DNA of 64,000 bases. Source: Vicugna vicugna. Lineage: Eukaryota. Under the pieces are notes generated by a model that saw nothing but the letters and a program-made list of their open reading frames with translations, searched no databases and was not told the DNA's origin. The stretch is taken from assembly GCA_013265495.1 (NCBI GenBank), contig MU057701.1, positions 868,001 to 932,000 of the forward strand, written 5' to 3'. Shown piece by piece: positions 1 through 12,950 of the stretch. Position 1 is the stretch's first letter. Each line of letters starts with the position of its first letter. A program made the translations under genes and the position numbers.

Positions 1-1019
1 AGAACCTTTATAGAAAATCAGAGACCTTTGGTCATTCTGCCTGTGCTTTTCATCTAACTTAAGTCATCTAATAATTAGGTTAAAAAAAAGAATGTTGTTC
101 ACTTCCAGTAAATGACACTAGGGAAATTGAGAGGGATATAAGAGTTTGGTTGGGAAAAGCTGGGAGTTGAAGATCAGGGTGGAGCTATGTCTGAAAGTAA
201 GAAATCACATGGCTCTAAGAAAAGCAGATGATTGGTACTTATAATTTCTTTTTCTACATATAAATATCTTTTAAAAAGAGTGACTGAGATGAGATACTTC
301 CATTGATAGGTTTAGTGTACTTAGCAAGAGTAAATGCAGCCAGGGCACACAGGAACTACAAGCAGTGCGTACAGACAGGTGAGAGGAAATGATGTAAAAA
401 AGGATCCTGGGATGACATGGATGAAGAGGAAGATAGAAAATATAACAATTGGAATTCCTCTCTTTGAAATTGTTGCCCTATAGCTGACTTACATGATCAT
501 ATAATCACTGGCTTCTTAACTCTTAAAGGAATTAGGAATAGAGACTGAGAGAGAGTAAGGAATCAACTCCAACCACCTCAAGTGTAATCATTTTACCAGA
601 AAGATCAGTGTTTTTCAGTGATGACTTTACAAGGTTTTTCAATCCTAGCAAACATCCTAGAAACCTACAATTTAAGAAATATTGATGAAAATGAAAGTAG
701 AGAACATTTAAACAAAGGAAATTTTAAAACCCCAAAAGAAGTCTAATGAGTGCATGTCATTGGCATTAAACATGTTTCTTCTTGTTCACAAACACTGCAC
801 TCTAGTTGGTAAATTTATTTTTCATGGGAGTACAGCTTAGCAACTCTGAAACTAATTTACTGTGTATAATAGGAGTGACTAAATAAATAGATATATTGTA
901 GATAATGAAAGCAGAACTTCTGTCAGAGAGACAAGTTAGAGAAACAACAGAGCAATGCTTGAATGAACCACACAGGTACCCCCCTCCCCCGACAGAGAGA
1001 TGCAATTGATGTGTGTATA

Positions 1020-1430
1020 TACATGGGTTAGCATCCATGCGTACATTTCCTAGCTCTGTTGATGGAGAGAGTGTAGAAGCAGTGACACCCTTGTTGTTAA
1101 CAAGTACACATAGTGCCCAGATCATAACTTCTAAACATCATTCTCTGATAGATATCACTCTCTGATTTATAAAAAAAAAAAAAAAGAAGGCTCCTTGAGA
1201 GGTGATGGATTGTAGGGCTGGGGCAGGGAAAATACAAGGTGAGTCTGGAGCATCTTGTAGTCCTGGTAAGTACGAAAATACTGAATCAATGAATGAATGA
1301 TGGTTAAAGGATACAGGTCTAACCTGGAAAAGCTCCCAATGGCCAAAGCTGGAACAGTTTGAGCAACAAAATAAAAAATGATAGTAATGGACCATAACCC
1401 AAAGAATATCATTAATATCCAGGAGTCCCT
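1020..1430 (+). mobile_element. Old L1MC-type 3' UTR fragment
   Basis: AAGCTCCCAATGGCCAAAGCTGGAACAGTTTGAGCAACAAAATAAA resembles the L1MC3/4 3' end from memory. Confidence 0.6.
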
Positions 1431-2003
1431 GTGGTCTGCACCAGACTGTAGTATATTACTCTGCCCAAGTTGAAAGAAGATGAGAGCCCTTAGGGATTGA
1501 GTGAGCAGAAACTTACGGGACTGCAGAGAGAAATGTTTCCAAATGTGCCTCTGTTTTCTCTTTTTACAGTGGAGGCCTTAGGGTCAAGTAGCTTGCAGGC
1601 TCACATAGCTAATTCAAGTCTAGGTCATGCGTCTCTAGGTTTCTGTCACTGTCCCACACTGCCCAGTCTGTGTCAATTTACAGTTTTTCTCATATGGCAG
1701 AGAATATGACAGTAATCTCTATCAATCTCAGCTTTAAGAGGTAGACTAATTTTTCTTTCTTTCTTTTTTCTTTTAAAAGAAATTAGAGCCTGTAATTAGC
1801 ATGTATTTTTTAGAAGTGAAGATAAACAAATTGATTGAGTTTTCTAAACATCAGAATTTTATTGGTAATCTTGACCCTTATTTCATAGTTCTAATGCTTT
1901 TAACAAATTTAACTTTAATAACTTCTATTAAAACTCTTAAGTGGCATTTGTAATACTTTTGTATTTGGTATATATGGAAACATAATGTTTTATTTTATTG
2001 TAG

Positions 2004-2207
2004 AAGAAATTTTGGAATCCATAAGAGCAAAAAAGGGAGACATTGATATTGTTAGAAGCCCAGAAGAAATAGAAAAGGACAAGAATGAGACTGAGAATAA
2101 CTCCAAAGACACTGAGAAAAGCAGAGAGGAGTTTGAAGACCAGTCCCTTGAAAAAGACAATGATGACAAAACAGCAGATGACGATCCTGAGCAAGGAAAA
2201 TCTGAGG
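2004..2207 (+). CDS. BPTF: BPTF exon, 204 nt, acidic region (EEILESIRAKK...QGKSE), phase 1-1
   Basis: ttattgtag|AAGAA acceptor (NAGNAG), GAGG|gtaaaa donor; inside ORF 1985..2302. Confidence 0.93.
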
Positions 2208-2732
2208 GTAAAAGCATTACTTGGTTAAAAAGAAATATTTCATCAGTGTTATGTAGTCTCCAGTTTTGCTTGCAAAATGAAAATGAATCTTTTTTATTAT
2301 AAACAGCTATTTAATTTTACATTTCCTCCTTATAGCATGCTTAATCATCGTAATGAGTTTTAATATATTGGTGGATTTGCTATAATGTTATACCCCATCT
2401 CTATTTATACTTTCTAACAAGGTGCCATTTCCCTGTGAGATTTGTTGGTGAAAAAAATACTACTTTTGTACCAGAATATGCACTTTGGTATGTGATAAAA
2501 TATGTTCATTTTAAAATTAACTTTTTAAACATTCTTGATATATTAAATATTCTTAAATGCCCTTTAGATTACCTATTGCAGAACTATCCCAGAATCTAAT
2601 TGCTTCAAAATGGCCATCGAGTAAAAGGTTTTTTGATGATCATTCATTTTTCATAGTTGACTAAATGTGGCCACTTGTCCTAAAGCAGTTTTAAAGGATA
2701 TCTTTAAAGTTTTGTTGTGCATTTTACTGTAG

Positions 2733-2921
2733 AGCCAACAGAAGTTGGGGATAAAGGTAACTCTGTGTCAGCAAATCTTGGCGACAACACAACAAATGCT
2801 TCTTCAGAAGAGACTAGTCCCTCTGAAGGGAGGAGTCCTGTGGGGTGTCTCTCAGAAACCCATGATAGCAGCAACATGGCAGAGAAGAAGGTGGCATCTG
2901 AGCTCCCCCAGGATGTGCCAG
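2733..2921 (+). CDS. BPTF: BPTF exon, 189 nt (EPTEVGDKGN...QDVP), phase 1-1, probable cassette
   Basis: ttttactgtag|AGCC acceptor, CCAG|gtacag donor; inside ORF 2717..2953. Confidence 0.9.
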
Positions 2922-3719
2922 GTACAGACGGCAGTGTATCAATGCCTCTGTAATGGGGGGGAAATCCTTCCCTTTTGAGTAAAAGCTGAATGTCACCTAA
3001 AACTTTAAAGTATGTTTTCATTCATGCTGCTTGCTTACATAAGTGCCATCCCTTATTGCTAAATTGTCACCTAACATTTGGAGTTTGACAAGTGTTCTTG
3101 CATTTAGTGCTTGAAACTCATCATAATATTCATGCTTTAAAAAATTCATTTAGCTGTTTTTGTCTAATAGACTTATTTTAATCATCAAACCATAGTGGCA
3201 GATATTTTGGTTTTAAGTACTTACATACTAATGGCTCAATGTTGAATGATCTGACCATTCCAGTTCTATATTTACTAACAGATTAATTTTACGTTTGCAT
3301 GTATGTGGTCATGTAAGTTTTTTTAAACATTTTAAACCATAATGTTACGATAGTAAACCATTGTCATAAACATTTTTTGTAAGATATATTTTGACATGGA
3401 AATGTAAGTTAACCAGTAATAAATATTTTGAACTTTTTAAAATTAAAATTATATTCAAAATAAGTTACATCACACCAAGAATGTCATGTCTTTCCTTTTG
3501 CCATTTTTAAAAATGAAAAAAATTTATTATAGGGTATTATATGTATTTTTTGAAAAACAAATTAGAAAATTTAGATGAGCAAAACAAGAAAATAAACACT
3601 GCTGATCTCATCAAAAATCAGGAATTATAGTTAATACTTTGATGGGAATCCTTAAAGAATTTCTCTATGTATTTTAAGAATACTATGTAATTCTTTGCCT
3701 TTATTTTTTTTTCCTCTTT

Positions 3720-5580
3720 ATTTTGGTCATTCTGATAGGAACTTAGTGATATCTTATTGTGATTTGAACTTGCAGTTCCCTGGTGACTAAGGATGTTGAG
3801 TACCTTTTTGTGTATGTGTGTGTATGTCATATTTTGTGTGTCTGTGTGTGTGTGTGTGTGTATGTATACGAATGTATGTGTCATTTGGATATCTTCTTTT
3901 CTGAAGTGCCTGTCACTTCTTTTATTTCTATTAAGTGGTCTCTTCTTTTATTTATGGTTGTATCACTGGTCAGGGTCAGTCCAGTCCCTCTACTGAAAGC
4001 AGAAGTTTCTGTGTTGATTTTTTTAAAACTTTTAACCCAATCTCATGTTCCTGGAATAAACACAACTTGGTTGTAATATATTTTTGTTCTTAAGTATTGT
4101 TGTATTCGATTTTTTAATATTTTGTTTAGGATTTTTGCATCCGCTTTCATGAATGAGATTGGCTTATAGGTTCCTTCTCTGATAGTGTCTGTGTCAGGAC
4201 TTGGTGCCTAGACTGTGCTGGCCTCATAAAATGAGTTGGTACAAACTCCCACTTTTCCTTTTATCTGTAAGAGTTTCTGTGGGTTGGCATTTATTCTTTA
4301 AATGTTTGCTAAAGTCATCTGGTCCTGGAGTTTTTGTTGTGGGACAGTTATTAACTGTAGATGTCATTTCTGTGGTAGACTGTGGGTTATTCATATTTTC
4401 TGTTGTTTTCTTGTGTCAATTTTAGTAAGTTTTCATTTTTCTAGGAATCTACCCACTTCATCTAAATTTTAAATTTCATTGGCATAGTAACATCCTGTCC
4501 TTTTAATGTCTACAGGATCTGTAGTGATGTTATCTTTTTTATCCAGAAGTTGGTTCTCTGTTTTCTTTTTTAATCATTTCACAAGACCTAACAATTTTAT
4601 TAGTCTTGAAAGAAAAATAACTTTTGGCTTTGTTGATCCTATTAGTATGCTTTTTCTGGCTGTAAAAAAATCTTTATTACATTCCTTTTCTTTTCATTTT
4701 TGTGAATTTTTCTTCTTCGCTTTTTTCCCCCTAAACCACTCTATTATGGTATAATTGACATACAAAAAGCTGTACATATTTAATGTATACAACTTGATGA
4801 GTTTGGAGAGAAATACACACTGTGGATCCATTGCCACAATCTATGGCATAAATGTATCCACTATCTCCAGTAATTTCTCATACCCTCTTTATTACTTTTT
4901 CTCCTAGCTTCTTAAGATGGATGCTTTAATGATTTATAGTTTTTATTTTTCTATGTCTGTTGTCAAGGTTGTAAGTTTCCCTCTAGGTACTGCTGTAGCT
5001 GCATCCCATAAATTTTCATATATAATTTTGTCTTTGTCATTCAGTTTAGAATATTTCCCAATTTCCTTTATGATGTGTTTTTTTAAAAAAAACCCATCGC
5101 TTATTTAGCAATGTATTGCTTAATACCCAAACATTTGGAGATTTTTGAGTTATCTTTTTGTTACTGATTTCTAGTTCAACCCAGTGTAGTCAGATAACAA
5201 TCTATATATGGTTTATGTCCCTTAAGATTTGTTGAGGCTTGTTTTGTGGTCCAACATTTGGTTTACATTGATTAACTATCTCACATACACTTGAAGAGGA
5301 TATTTATTTTCAGTTTTTGGGTGCAGTATGGGACAATTAGGTCAAGGTTTTTAATTGTGTTTTTCAAATCCTTGTTATTTTTCTTCCCTCCCTGCAAGAT
5401 ACTTTTATGTTATTTCTAACTATTTACTGTGAGATTGCCTTTTTCTCTTTTGAATATTTTTAGTTTTTGCCTTATGTAGTTTGAAGCTGTGTTGTTAGGT
5501 ACACATAATTTTTATATTTTTTGAACAGACTTTATCATTGTGTAATGTCCTTTATCTGTAATAATATTCCTAAACTGTAA
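3720..5580 (-). mobile_element. Degraded ancient L1M fragments (boundaries approximate)
   Basis: T-rich antisense ORF2-like sequence, e.g. TTTGTTTAGGATTTTTGCATC...ATGAATGAGATTGG, similar to 33200-33260 of the young L1. Confidence 0.65.
3808..3881 (+). repeat. Imperfect (TG)n microsatellite
   Basis: Directly visible TG-rich run. Confidence 0.8.
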
Positions 5581-7539
5581 CAGCTCTATTTTGATTAGTA
5601 TTTGTATTGTGTATCTTTTCTGGAATAGAAAAATCTGTAAAAATAACTTGAGAATTTAAAATCTCTTTAGAAATACCTCTACTTTAGAATATCTTTATAT
5701 AAAATATATTTTTTGAATTTCAAACTATATTTTTTAAAGTCTTACCAGAGAGCGCTATCATTTTCTTATGACAGGCAGCATTATGCAGAGAAAAAATTAG
5801 AAATCTATAGTCTAAAAATCTGTGGGAGTGAGAACATCAGAAAAATGGGCAGATTTCATGATTTCAAATTGGGTATGATGAGTGATTAGAAAGATTTTAT
5901 GTGCCTGAGACTGAAGATTAAACTGAAAAGTTAGACCATATTTTGGGAAATGTTGGTAAACATCACTTTATATAGTTAATCTCTGAATACCTGTTTCTCA
6001 CATGTTTCCCCCTGTGTCTACACTCCAGACACTTCATTTCAGTTCATGAAAATAATTGTGCTGCCAAAAATGACTTCTTATAGCAAGTGTGCTGTTTATT
6101 ATTCAATATAACTTCTTTGTAGTTAACAAAAAGCCCAATTTCAGAATTACACTTTTGTTCTGGATTTTAGATTTGAAGCTTTTTGTTCTAGAATGTTGAT
6201 TTTTCAGTTTATAAGGGGAAAGAGGGAAATGTGTCTTTCCAGTATTTTAAGTTCAAATTCAAATTCACTATTGAGAATTTGTATTCAGACATATAATGCA
6301 GACAGCGTTTGTTTTATTTAAGTTATGCCTTTAGATTTAATACCTGGGATTAAGAAAATATCAGCAGTAGATAAAACTGGCTTTATTTCCATAACTATTT
6401 TTAATTGCTTTGAAAATGTTTCCATGGATGTATTGCGACTCTAACATCTATCTATGTTGAACTGTAAGACATGTTGATTTAACGTATTTCTTAACTTTTT
6501 GGGATAAATGATACCTTAAAAGATAGTACTTTGCTTTAGGTTTGAGTTTTATTACAAGGGAAACTCAGTGGATATAAGAGGCTTTTGAATATTAGGTGCT
6601 GAACTGATGTATTGCCCACATACTTTTTCCTCATTGAATTGATTGAAAATGGCTTTTGGAGGTTCTGTAGCTACATATTGCTCTTTTATTTCTTATTCTT
6701 TTTAATATGTTTGGTTTTAGCGTCTGGTCTAGAATTTTTGGACTATGAGGACTTGTGGCAGGTGATATCTTCTTTATGGTGTTTTGAAGCAAATGCTTGA
6801 GACTTCTTTAATCCTATAGCTTAATGAAGTAAAGAGTTCTAGAACAAAGTCAGCATTTTAAACTGAAATGAAGAAATACACTGTTTTCCACTTAAGACAA
6901 GTTAACAGAACTGTGTATTATGGGTTATAATAGTCCCTAGCTCATTAACGCCTTGAAAATTTAAATGGATAGATTCTGAACTCAGTTTGCTTTCAGTGGA
7001 TTAACAGGATTTTTTAGATTAGAACACCTTGATGAGGGACTGTCTGCTTGCTCTTTTATGAAGTTCCATTATCTTCCTAATATCAGAGAGCACTTTCTCT
7101 GAAGTATTTTAAGATATCTATAGTCCGAATCTCTGAAATTCCTATCCCAGAATTATTTTCTTAGTTAAAACCATGCTTGGGGTGTATTATATGCTAAAAA
7201 AAAGTTTTTTTGTGGGCTGGTCTAGAATCGAATCACTTTTTCTTACAGTTCTGTGAGAAAACACACTCTGAATTTTGAGCTCATAAATGAGGGGATGTCT
7301 TTCTATGCTGTTGCATTACTTGAGAAGATGGTTTTTAGACAATTACAGATTAGGAATACTGCGCTTTACAGAACCAGAGCCACAGCTGTGAAAGGAATGA
7401 TTAGTGAGGAATTTGATGCTATTTGTGTGAGACTTCTTTTCTTCCAAATATATGCGTTTTCCAACATGGGTTAGCTGATTATATTACTGGCTTGCAGCTG
7501 TCAGATTTTAAATTTGCCATTTCTGTCTTTCATATAAAA

Positions 7540-10500
7540 TTTTCTTATTATGAACATGCACAGAAGTTCTTATTTTCAAACATGCACAAAAATTGAAAAT
7601 AGTATGATGACCCCTCCCCCATAGATCTAACGCTTAGATTTTAAAATCATTGATATTTTGTTTTTTTTGGGAAGGAGGCTCCAAATTTTTTTAAATGTCC
7701 CCCTTTGACCATAGGTATGCACTATTAGATAAATCATAGTCCTTAGTTAATTGCACTCATCACTGGTCATTTCATAGTCCCCCTTAATTTATTCATTCAT
7801 GTTTGAAATTATCTTTGTTAGTGAAATAAACATCTAGGAACCTATCACCCAAAGCAAAAAGCTAAGTCCTGCTTTGAAACTAACCTGCGTCAGACCACTT
7901 CCTTAGTCCCATCCCCTGCATCCTTCTCTCCTGCCTGCAGTGATTGTCACTCTGAATCCTGTGCTAACATTTTGTTTCCTTTTTATAAGGGAAATCCAGT
8001 AGAATTAAGACTGTTAATACTGGAGGTCAAAGTGCTGTGTAACTCACATACTCTTGCTTCATTGAGTTGATCTACATGGTTTGCCAAAAACTGTTTTGGT
8101 TGTTTTAAACTTTATAGCAAGTGTGTTGTGTTAAGTATACTGTGTTAAGTGTGACTTTGGGGGGGGTCTTAATTTTTTCACTTTATGTTACTAATGTATG
8201 TTGCTGGAGTTCTTTCATAGTAACTGCATTATAATATTCCTCTGTGGAACTATACCACAGTTTATTTATCCCCTTTCCTGTTGATGTGAATTTGGGTTGT
8301 TTCCTACTGCAGTATTTTAAAGCAAATCCCAGACATCATGTTATAATCAGTACTACATACATCTCTGAAGAATATGGACATCTTCTTACATAATTTAAGT
8401 GCCATTATTATTTTAGTAAAATGGACAACAATTCCTTAATGTCATCTACTGTCCAGTCAATTTAAATTTTCTCATTTAAAGATTTTGTTAAATATTTGCT
8501 GTGTTTTAAATAACTCCAAATAAGATCCCCATACGACATGACATTTGCTTTTATATCTACTGAGTCTCTTAATCTAGAGCACTCTTCTCTTCCATGACTC
8601 TCTCTTCTCCCCCGCAGCCCCCCATGCTGTTGATTTGCTGAAGGATCCTAGGATATCCTCCATGGAATATCCCACATCCAGGATTTATCTTTCCTCTTCC
8701 TAGTGTTGTTTAATTTGTTCTAAAGTCTTGATTAAATTCATTTTCAAGTATTTTTGGCAAGAATATTTCATAAACTATGTTCTAGGTATTTCCCATCATA
8801 TTGCATCAAAAGGCTCATGATGTCTGTATGTTTTACCTTTACAAATGCTGAGATTGATCAGTGAATTTCAAAATCAGTTATCTATTTGAAAGTTATGTGA
8901 TTTCTAGTTCTATCATTTTTTCAGTATTTTTTAACTGAAATTCTTCTGTAAGGAATTTTCCCTCATTAAGGCTATTTGAATACCTTGAAATATAATTAGA
9001 GTAGGAATAAATGCTTAATTATTTTTCTTAAAATCTGACTTTCAGAGTTAGGAGTTGGTGCCCAGTTATCTTCAGTGATGATTCATGAGTTACGGACTTT
9101 TGCGGGAAGGGCACAACTTTCTCATTTTACATGTCTGTCTGAACTCGTGGGTCTTTATATATTCAGTGTGTTTCAGTCAGTTGTCGTTACCATTCATTTT
9201 GCTTGTATTGATCATTGGGAGCCCCTTCCTGTTGGCTTTTGAGTCCTTTTGCTGTGCATGATCCCTGTAGTCCTCCTTAAGCTTCTTTGCTTTTTGGCAG
9301 AGTAAGACGTCTGAGGCTTAGCTTACACACTTCCTACCCCAGACCTGCAAGAAGCCCTGGTCCCTTCTAGTGGGGAATAATATTTAGAGACTACAATCTG
9401 GGCCCACGAGTGTTTACTGCTCTTGGGCTCTCACTGCCTCTCAGATTTTTTGGTGGTAGTGTTAGGAAATACGTATTTTAGAACAGAAAAAGACCAATTC
9501 ATGTTGGCATTTCAAATTCAGATCAAAGATTACATACTTAGTTTGTGTTTTTACACTTGTGTATCTTTTCCCTTATACCAAAAGCCTTAGTTCCTAACAG
9601 CAGTAACTTAATAGTGTATTTGCTTTATCTCGATATGGATGTTCATTAATAATAATACTGTAGTATTAATATAATTATTAATATCCTGATTTGCAATAAT
9701 AATAGTAATGAGGGGAAATGGTTTAAATATCATAGTAATTTCATAATACTAATATTCCTCACAGTAAGACTACTGAATGACATTTAGAATTTTTTTTGCA
9801 GCTCTTAATTTGTCTTTATACCATATTTCCAGTAAGAACGTACAGTCAGAATACTGTGCTCCAAATTCACTTGAAATAATCTTTTTCTCTGTATGGTTAC
9901 TGCCGACAACTTCATATATAGTTAGCTTGTTTTGTTTCAGTTTGTTTTCAGTTTTTAATGATTGCATTTCTAACTTTAATTTTTTTTAAAAATGGGAAAC
10001 ATTTACATGATTCCAAAGTCAAACTGTGTAACTATATATTCAGATAATCTTTAGCTTTGTCCCTTCCCTCTCTAGGCAGCCATTTCTTTCCCTTTCCTTA
10101 TAGGTAGCCATTTTTTAAAATTTATTTTTGGCTATTCTTCCAATGTTTTTTGATAAATAAAAGCACCATATGTCCATAAGTTCATATTTCTCTTCCCTTC
10201 TGTCACAGTTAGCATGCTGTAAGTAGTATCCTGTAACTTTCTTTTTACATTTACTCATAAGATCATTTCATATGTAGATACAATGATTTCCTCAGTCCTT
10301 GTTCGGGTGCATGATATCTCATCGTATGTGCCATTTTTTTATTCAGCCAGTGCCCTACTGATGGGCATTTTGCTTCTGGCCTTTTGCCTTTCTAAATAAT
10401 GCTGCAGTGAGTAGCTCTGTAAAAAAGTAATTGAGTATTTCTGCCAGTATGTCTTGGGATAGATTTCTGGACATGGGATTGCTAGGTGAAGACCAAACGC

Positions 10501-10860
10501 ATCTGTAATTTTTCTAGTTACTGTCAGTTCCCTTCTATCCACTTTGCACGATGTTGCACTCCCTCAGCAGTGTGTGGGGGTACCTAACCCGCTGCTTCTC
10601 TACCTGAATGTACTGTGAGAGAGGTTTTTTGCCAGTCTGGTAGCTGGGAGGTCGTTTCTCCAAATGATTTTACTTCTCATTTCTGTTAGTTTGAATTAAG
10701 TGAGTATATTTCCATGTTTGAAGGCCATTTTCATGTCTTTTGTCACTGTTCACGTCTTTTCCATTTTTCTATCAGGTTGCTGGGTTTTTTCCACAAAAAA
10801 ATTTTAGGAGCTCATGATACATAACAGATAGCCTTTGTGATATCAACCACTTTTTAATTT
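7540..10860 (-). mobile_element. Degraded L1MC/L1ME 3'-end fragments (boundaries approximate)
   Basis: TTTTAAAGCAAATCCCAGACATCATG, GAAGCCCTGGTCCCTTCTAGTGGGGAAT and GGGATTGCTAGGT motifs. Confidence 0.55.
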
Positions 10861-10925
10861 AGGTGATTGATTTAAAAGGTACGTTAAGAGTGGCAAAATG
10901 AAATGCACAGAGAGGCTCTAGATTT

Positions 10926-10982
10926 TTCTTTCTTTTTTTTTTTTTTAAATTGAGTTGTAGTCAGTTTACAGTGTTGTGTCAA
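10926..10982 (-). mobile_element. Extremely 5'-truncated L1 3' tip (~57 bp)
   Basis: Poly-T plus TTTACAGTGTTGTGTCAA (shared with the L1 tip at ~27864-27881); 9-bp TSD TCTAGATTT at 10917-10925 and 10983-10991. Confidence 0.75.
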
Positions 10983-11575
10983 TCTAGATTTCTGAACTAC
11001 AGTGGAAAGACCTCGGCTTTTTCACAGCAGTGTTCATTCTGATATACTTTTAGGAACTATATACTCTTAGTGATACTATTATATTGTTCTTGAAATTAAC
11101 AGCCACTTAGGCATTACCTTCTAGTAAAATTTAGGGGTGTAGAATTCAGGCAGAAAACCTTAGAGATAAATAATCCTGTTTAATTCTGTTTCTAATATTT
11201 GAATACTTTCTAAAAATTGAGAATATAAATGTCAAATTTTGAGAGATTATCTCAACAAAATCACTTCTGCAGTATCTGATACATCATAAGTTTTGTGAGA
11301 TAGTTATATCACTTTATTATTTTGGAAGATTGTCTGCTTTGTCCTGCAGACTAAGGTGATAAGACTCTGAGTTAATGTTGAGAGATGTAAAGAAGCAATT
11401 CGTAGGGTGTTGCTTGCAAATTTCTTTTCATACATTGCATTATTCATACATGAGCAGCTCTTCCTTTTAAAATCTAGCTTTGTAATGCAATCCTAGAACA
11501 AGTAAATGTCTTTTCTGACAATTAGTAATTTTGATGTAATTTCCAATTTAAAAATCAGATATTCTATTTTTCTAG

Positions 11576-11764
11576 AAGAACCTAACAAGACATGTGACAG
11601 CAGTAACACTAGTGCTACCACTACCTCCATCCAGCCTAATCTGGAAAACAGTAACAGCAGCAGTGAACTAAATTCTTCCCAGAGTGAATCTGCTAAGGCA
11701 GCTGATGATCCTGAAAATGGAGAAAGAGAGTCTCATACACCTGTCTCTATTCAAGAAGAGATAG
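11576..11764 (+). CDS. BPTF: BPTF exon, 189 nt (EEPNKTCDSS...IQEEI), phase 1-1, probable cassette
   Basis: tttttctag|AAGAA acceptor (NAGNAG), ATAG|gtaaga donor; inside ORF 11506..11802. Confidence 0.9.
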
Positions 11765-12950
11765 GTAAGAATACACTTCATGCATTGAAACAGACTTTTT
11801 AATTTTTTTTTTAATTTTTAATTTTTAAAATAAAAGTTTGATGGGGGTGGGAAGATTTAGATTTTCTTTTTTCTTTTTTCTTTTTTTTTTTTAACACAAG
11901 TAGAACTGGCGTTCATTGTTTTTGTTTAAAAAAAAAATACAAGCACATATGAAAAAACATGTCTTTTTCACACCCCCTCCCCAGAGGTAACCACCGTCAT
12001 TTGGTGTGTAACATTTTATATCTTTCTCCGTACAGTTACATGTGTGTTCACAAAAAGTTTTTTTTTTAATACATATATAAACGGGATCATTTTGCATGTA
12101 TTGTTCTGCATCTTGCTTTTTTCAGTCAGTCATACATGTAGGGGATGTTTTCATGTTATCAACTGAATTTACTCTTTTTTTAACTGCTGCATGGTACTCT
12201 ACAGTACAAATGAACTATAATTCATTTACTGTTTATTAATGGACATTTAGGCTGTTCCATTATTACAACTAGTGGTGCTTTTTAACTTTCTCAGCATACA
12301 TCTTTGTGTACTTACGCAAGTATTTCTGACAGTATAGAAACAGTAAGTGGAATTGCTGGATCATATGGTAGGTACATTTTTAAAATAGTGATGTCTACTG
12401 TTTAATTGTACATTAAAAGGGATTTATGCCAATAAGTTATATACATATGTATTTCTTCATATTCTTACCTGTATTTGACATCACCTGTCTCTTACATTTT
12501 TGCTGATGGTGAAAAGTACTTCATTTAAAAATCTGCATATTCTTGCTTACTAATGTGGCTGAGTTTCTTTTCATGTTTTTGTTAAACTTTCTGTGAATTG
12601 CTTGTTCATACCTTTTGCTCATTTTTTCCTGTTGAGTTTTGGTATTTTTCCCTAATGAGTTTTAGGAATGCTTTATGTATTGTAGGTATTAATCTTTGAT
12701 TTCACATATATACTTACATAGTAATCGCTTGTTTTTTAACTCTTATTTTATACGTAATTTTTAATATTTTTTGTGCAGTTAAATTTATCAATCTTTTTCT
12801 TTAGGATTTCTCTGGATTTTATGTCTTACTAAGGAAGACCATCCCTCTCCCAAGAATATACATATATTTTACAGTAATTTTACATAATACTTCTATAACT
12901 CTGTTTTAATACTTCTGGTGTATAATTTTGTATATAGTATGAGATTGATC

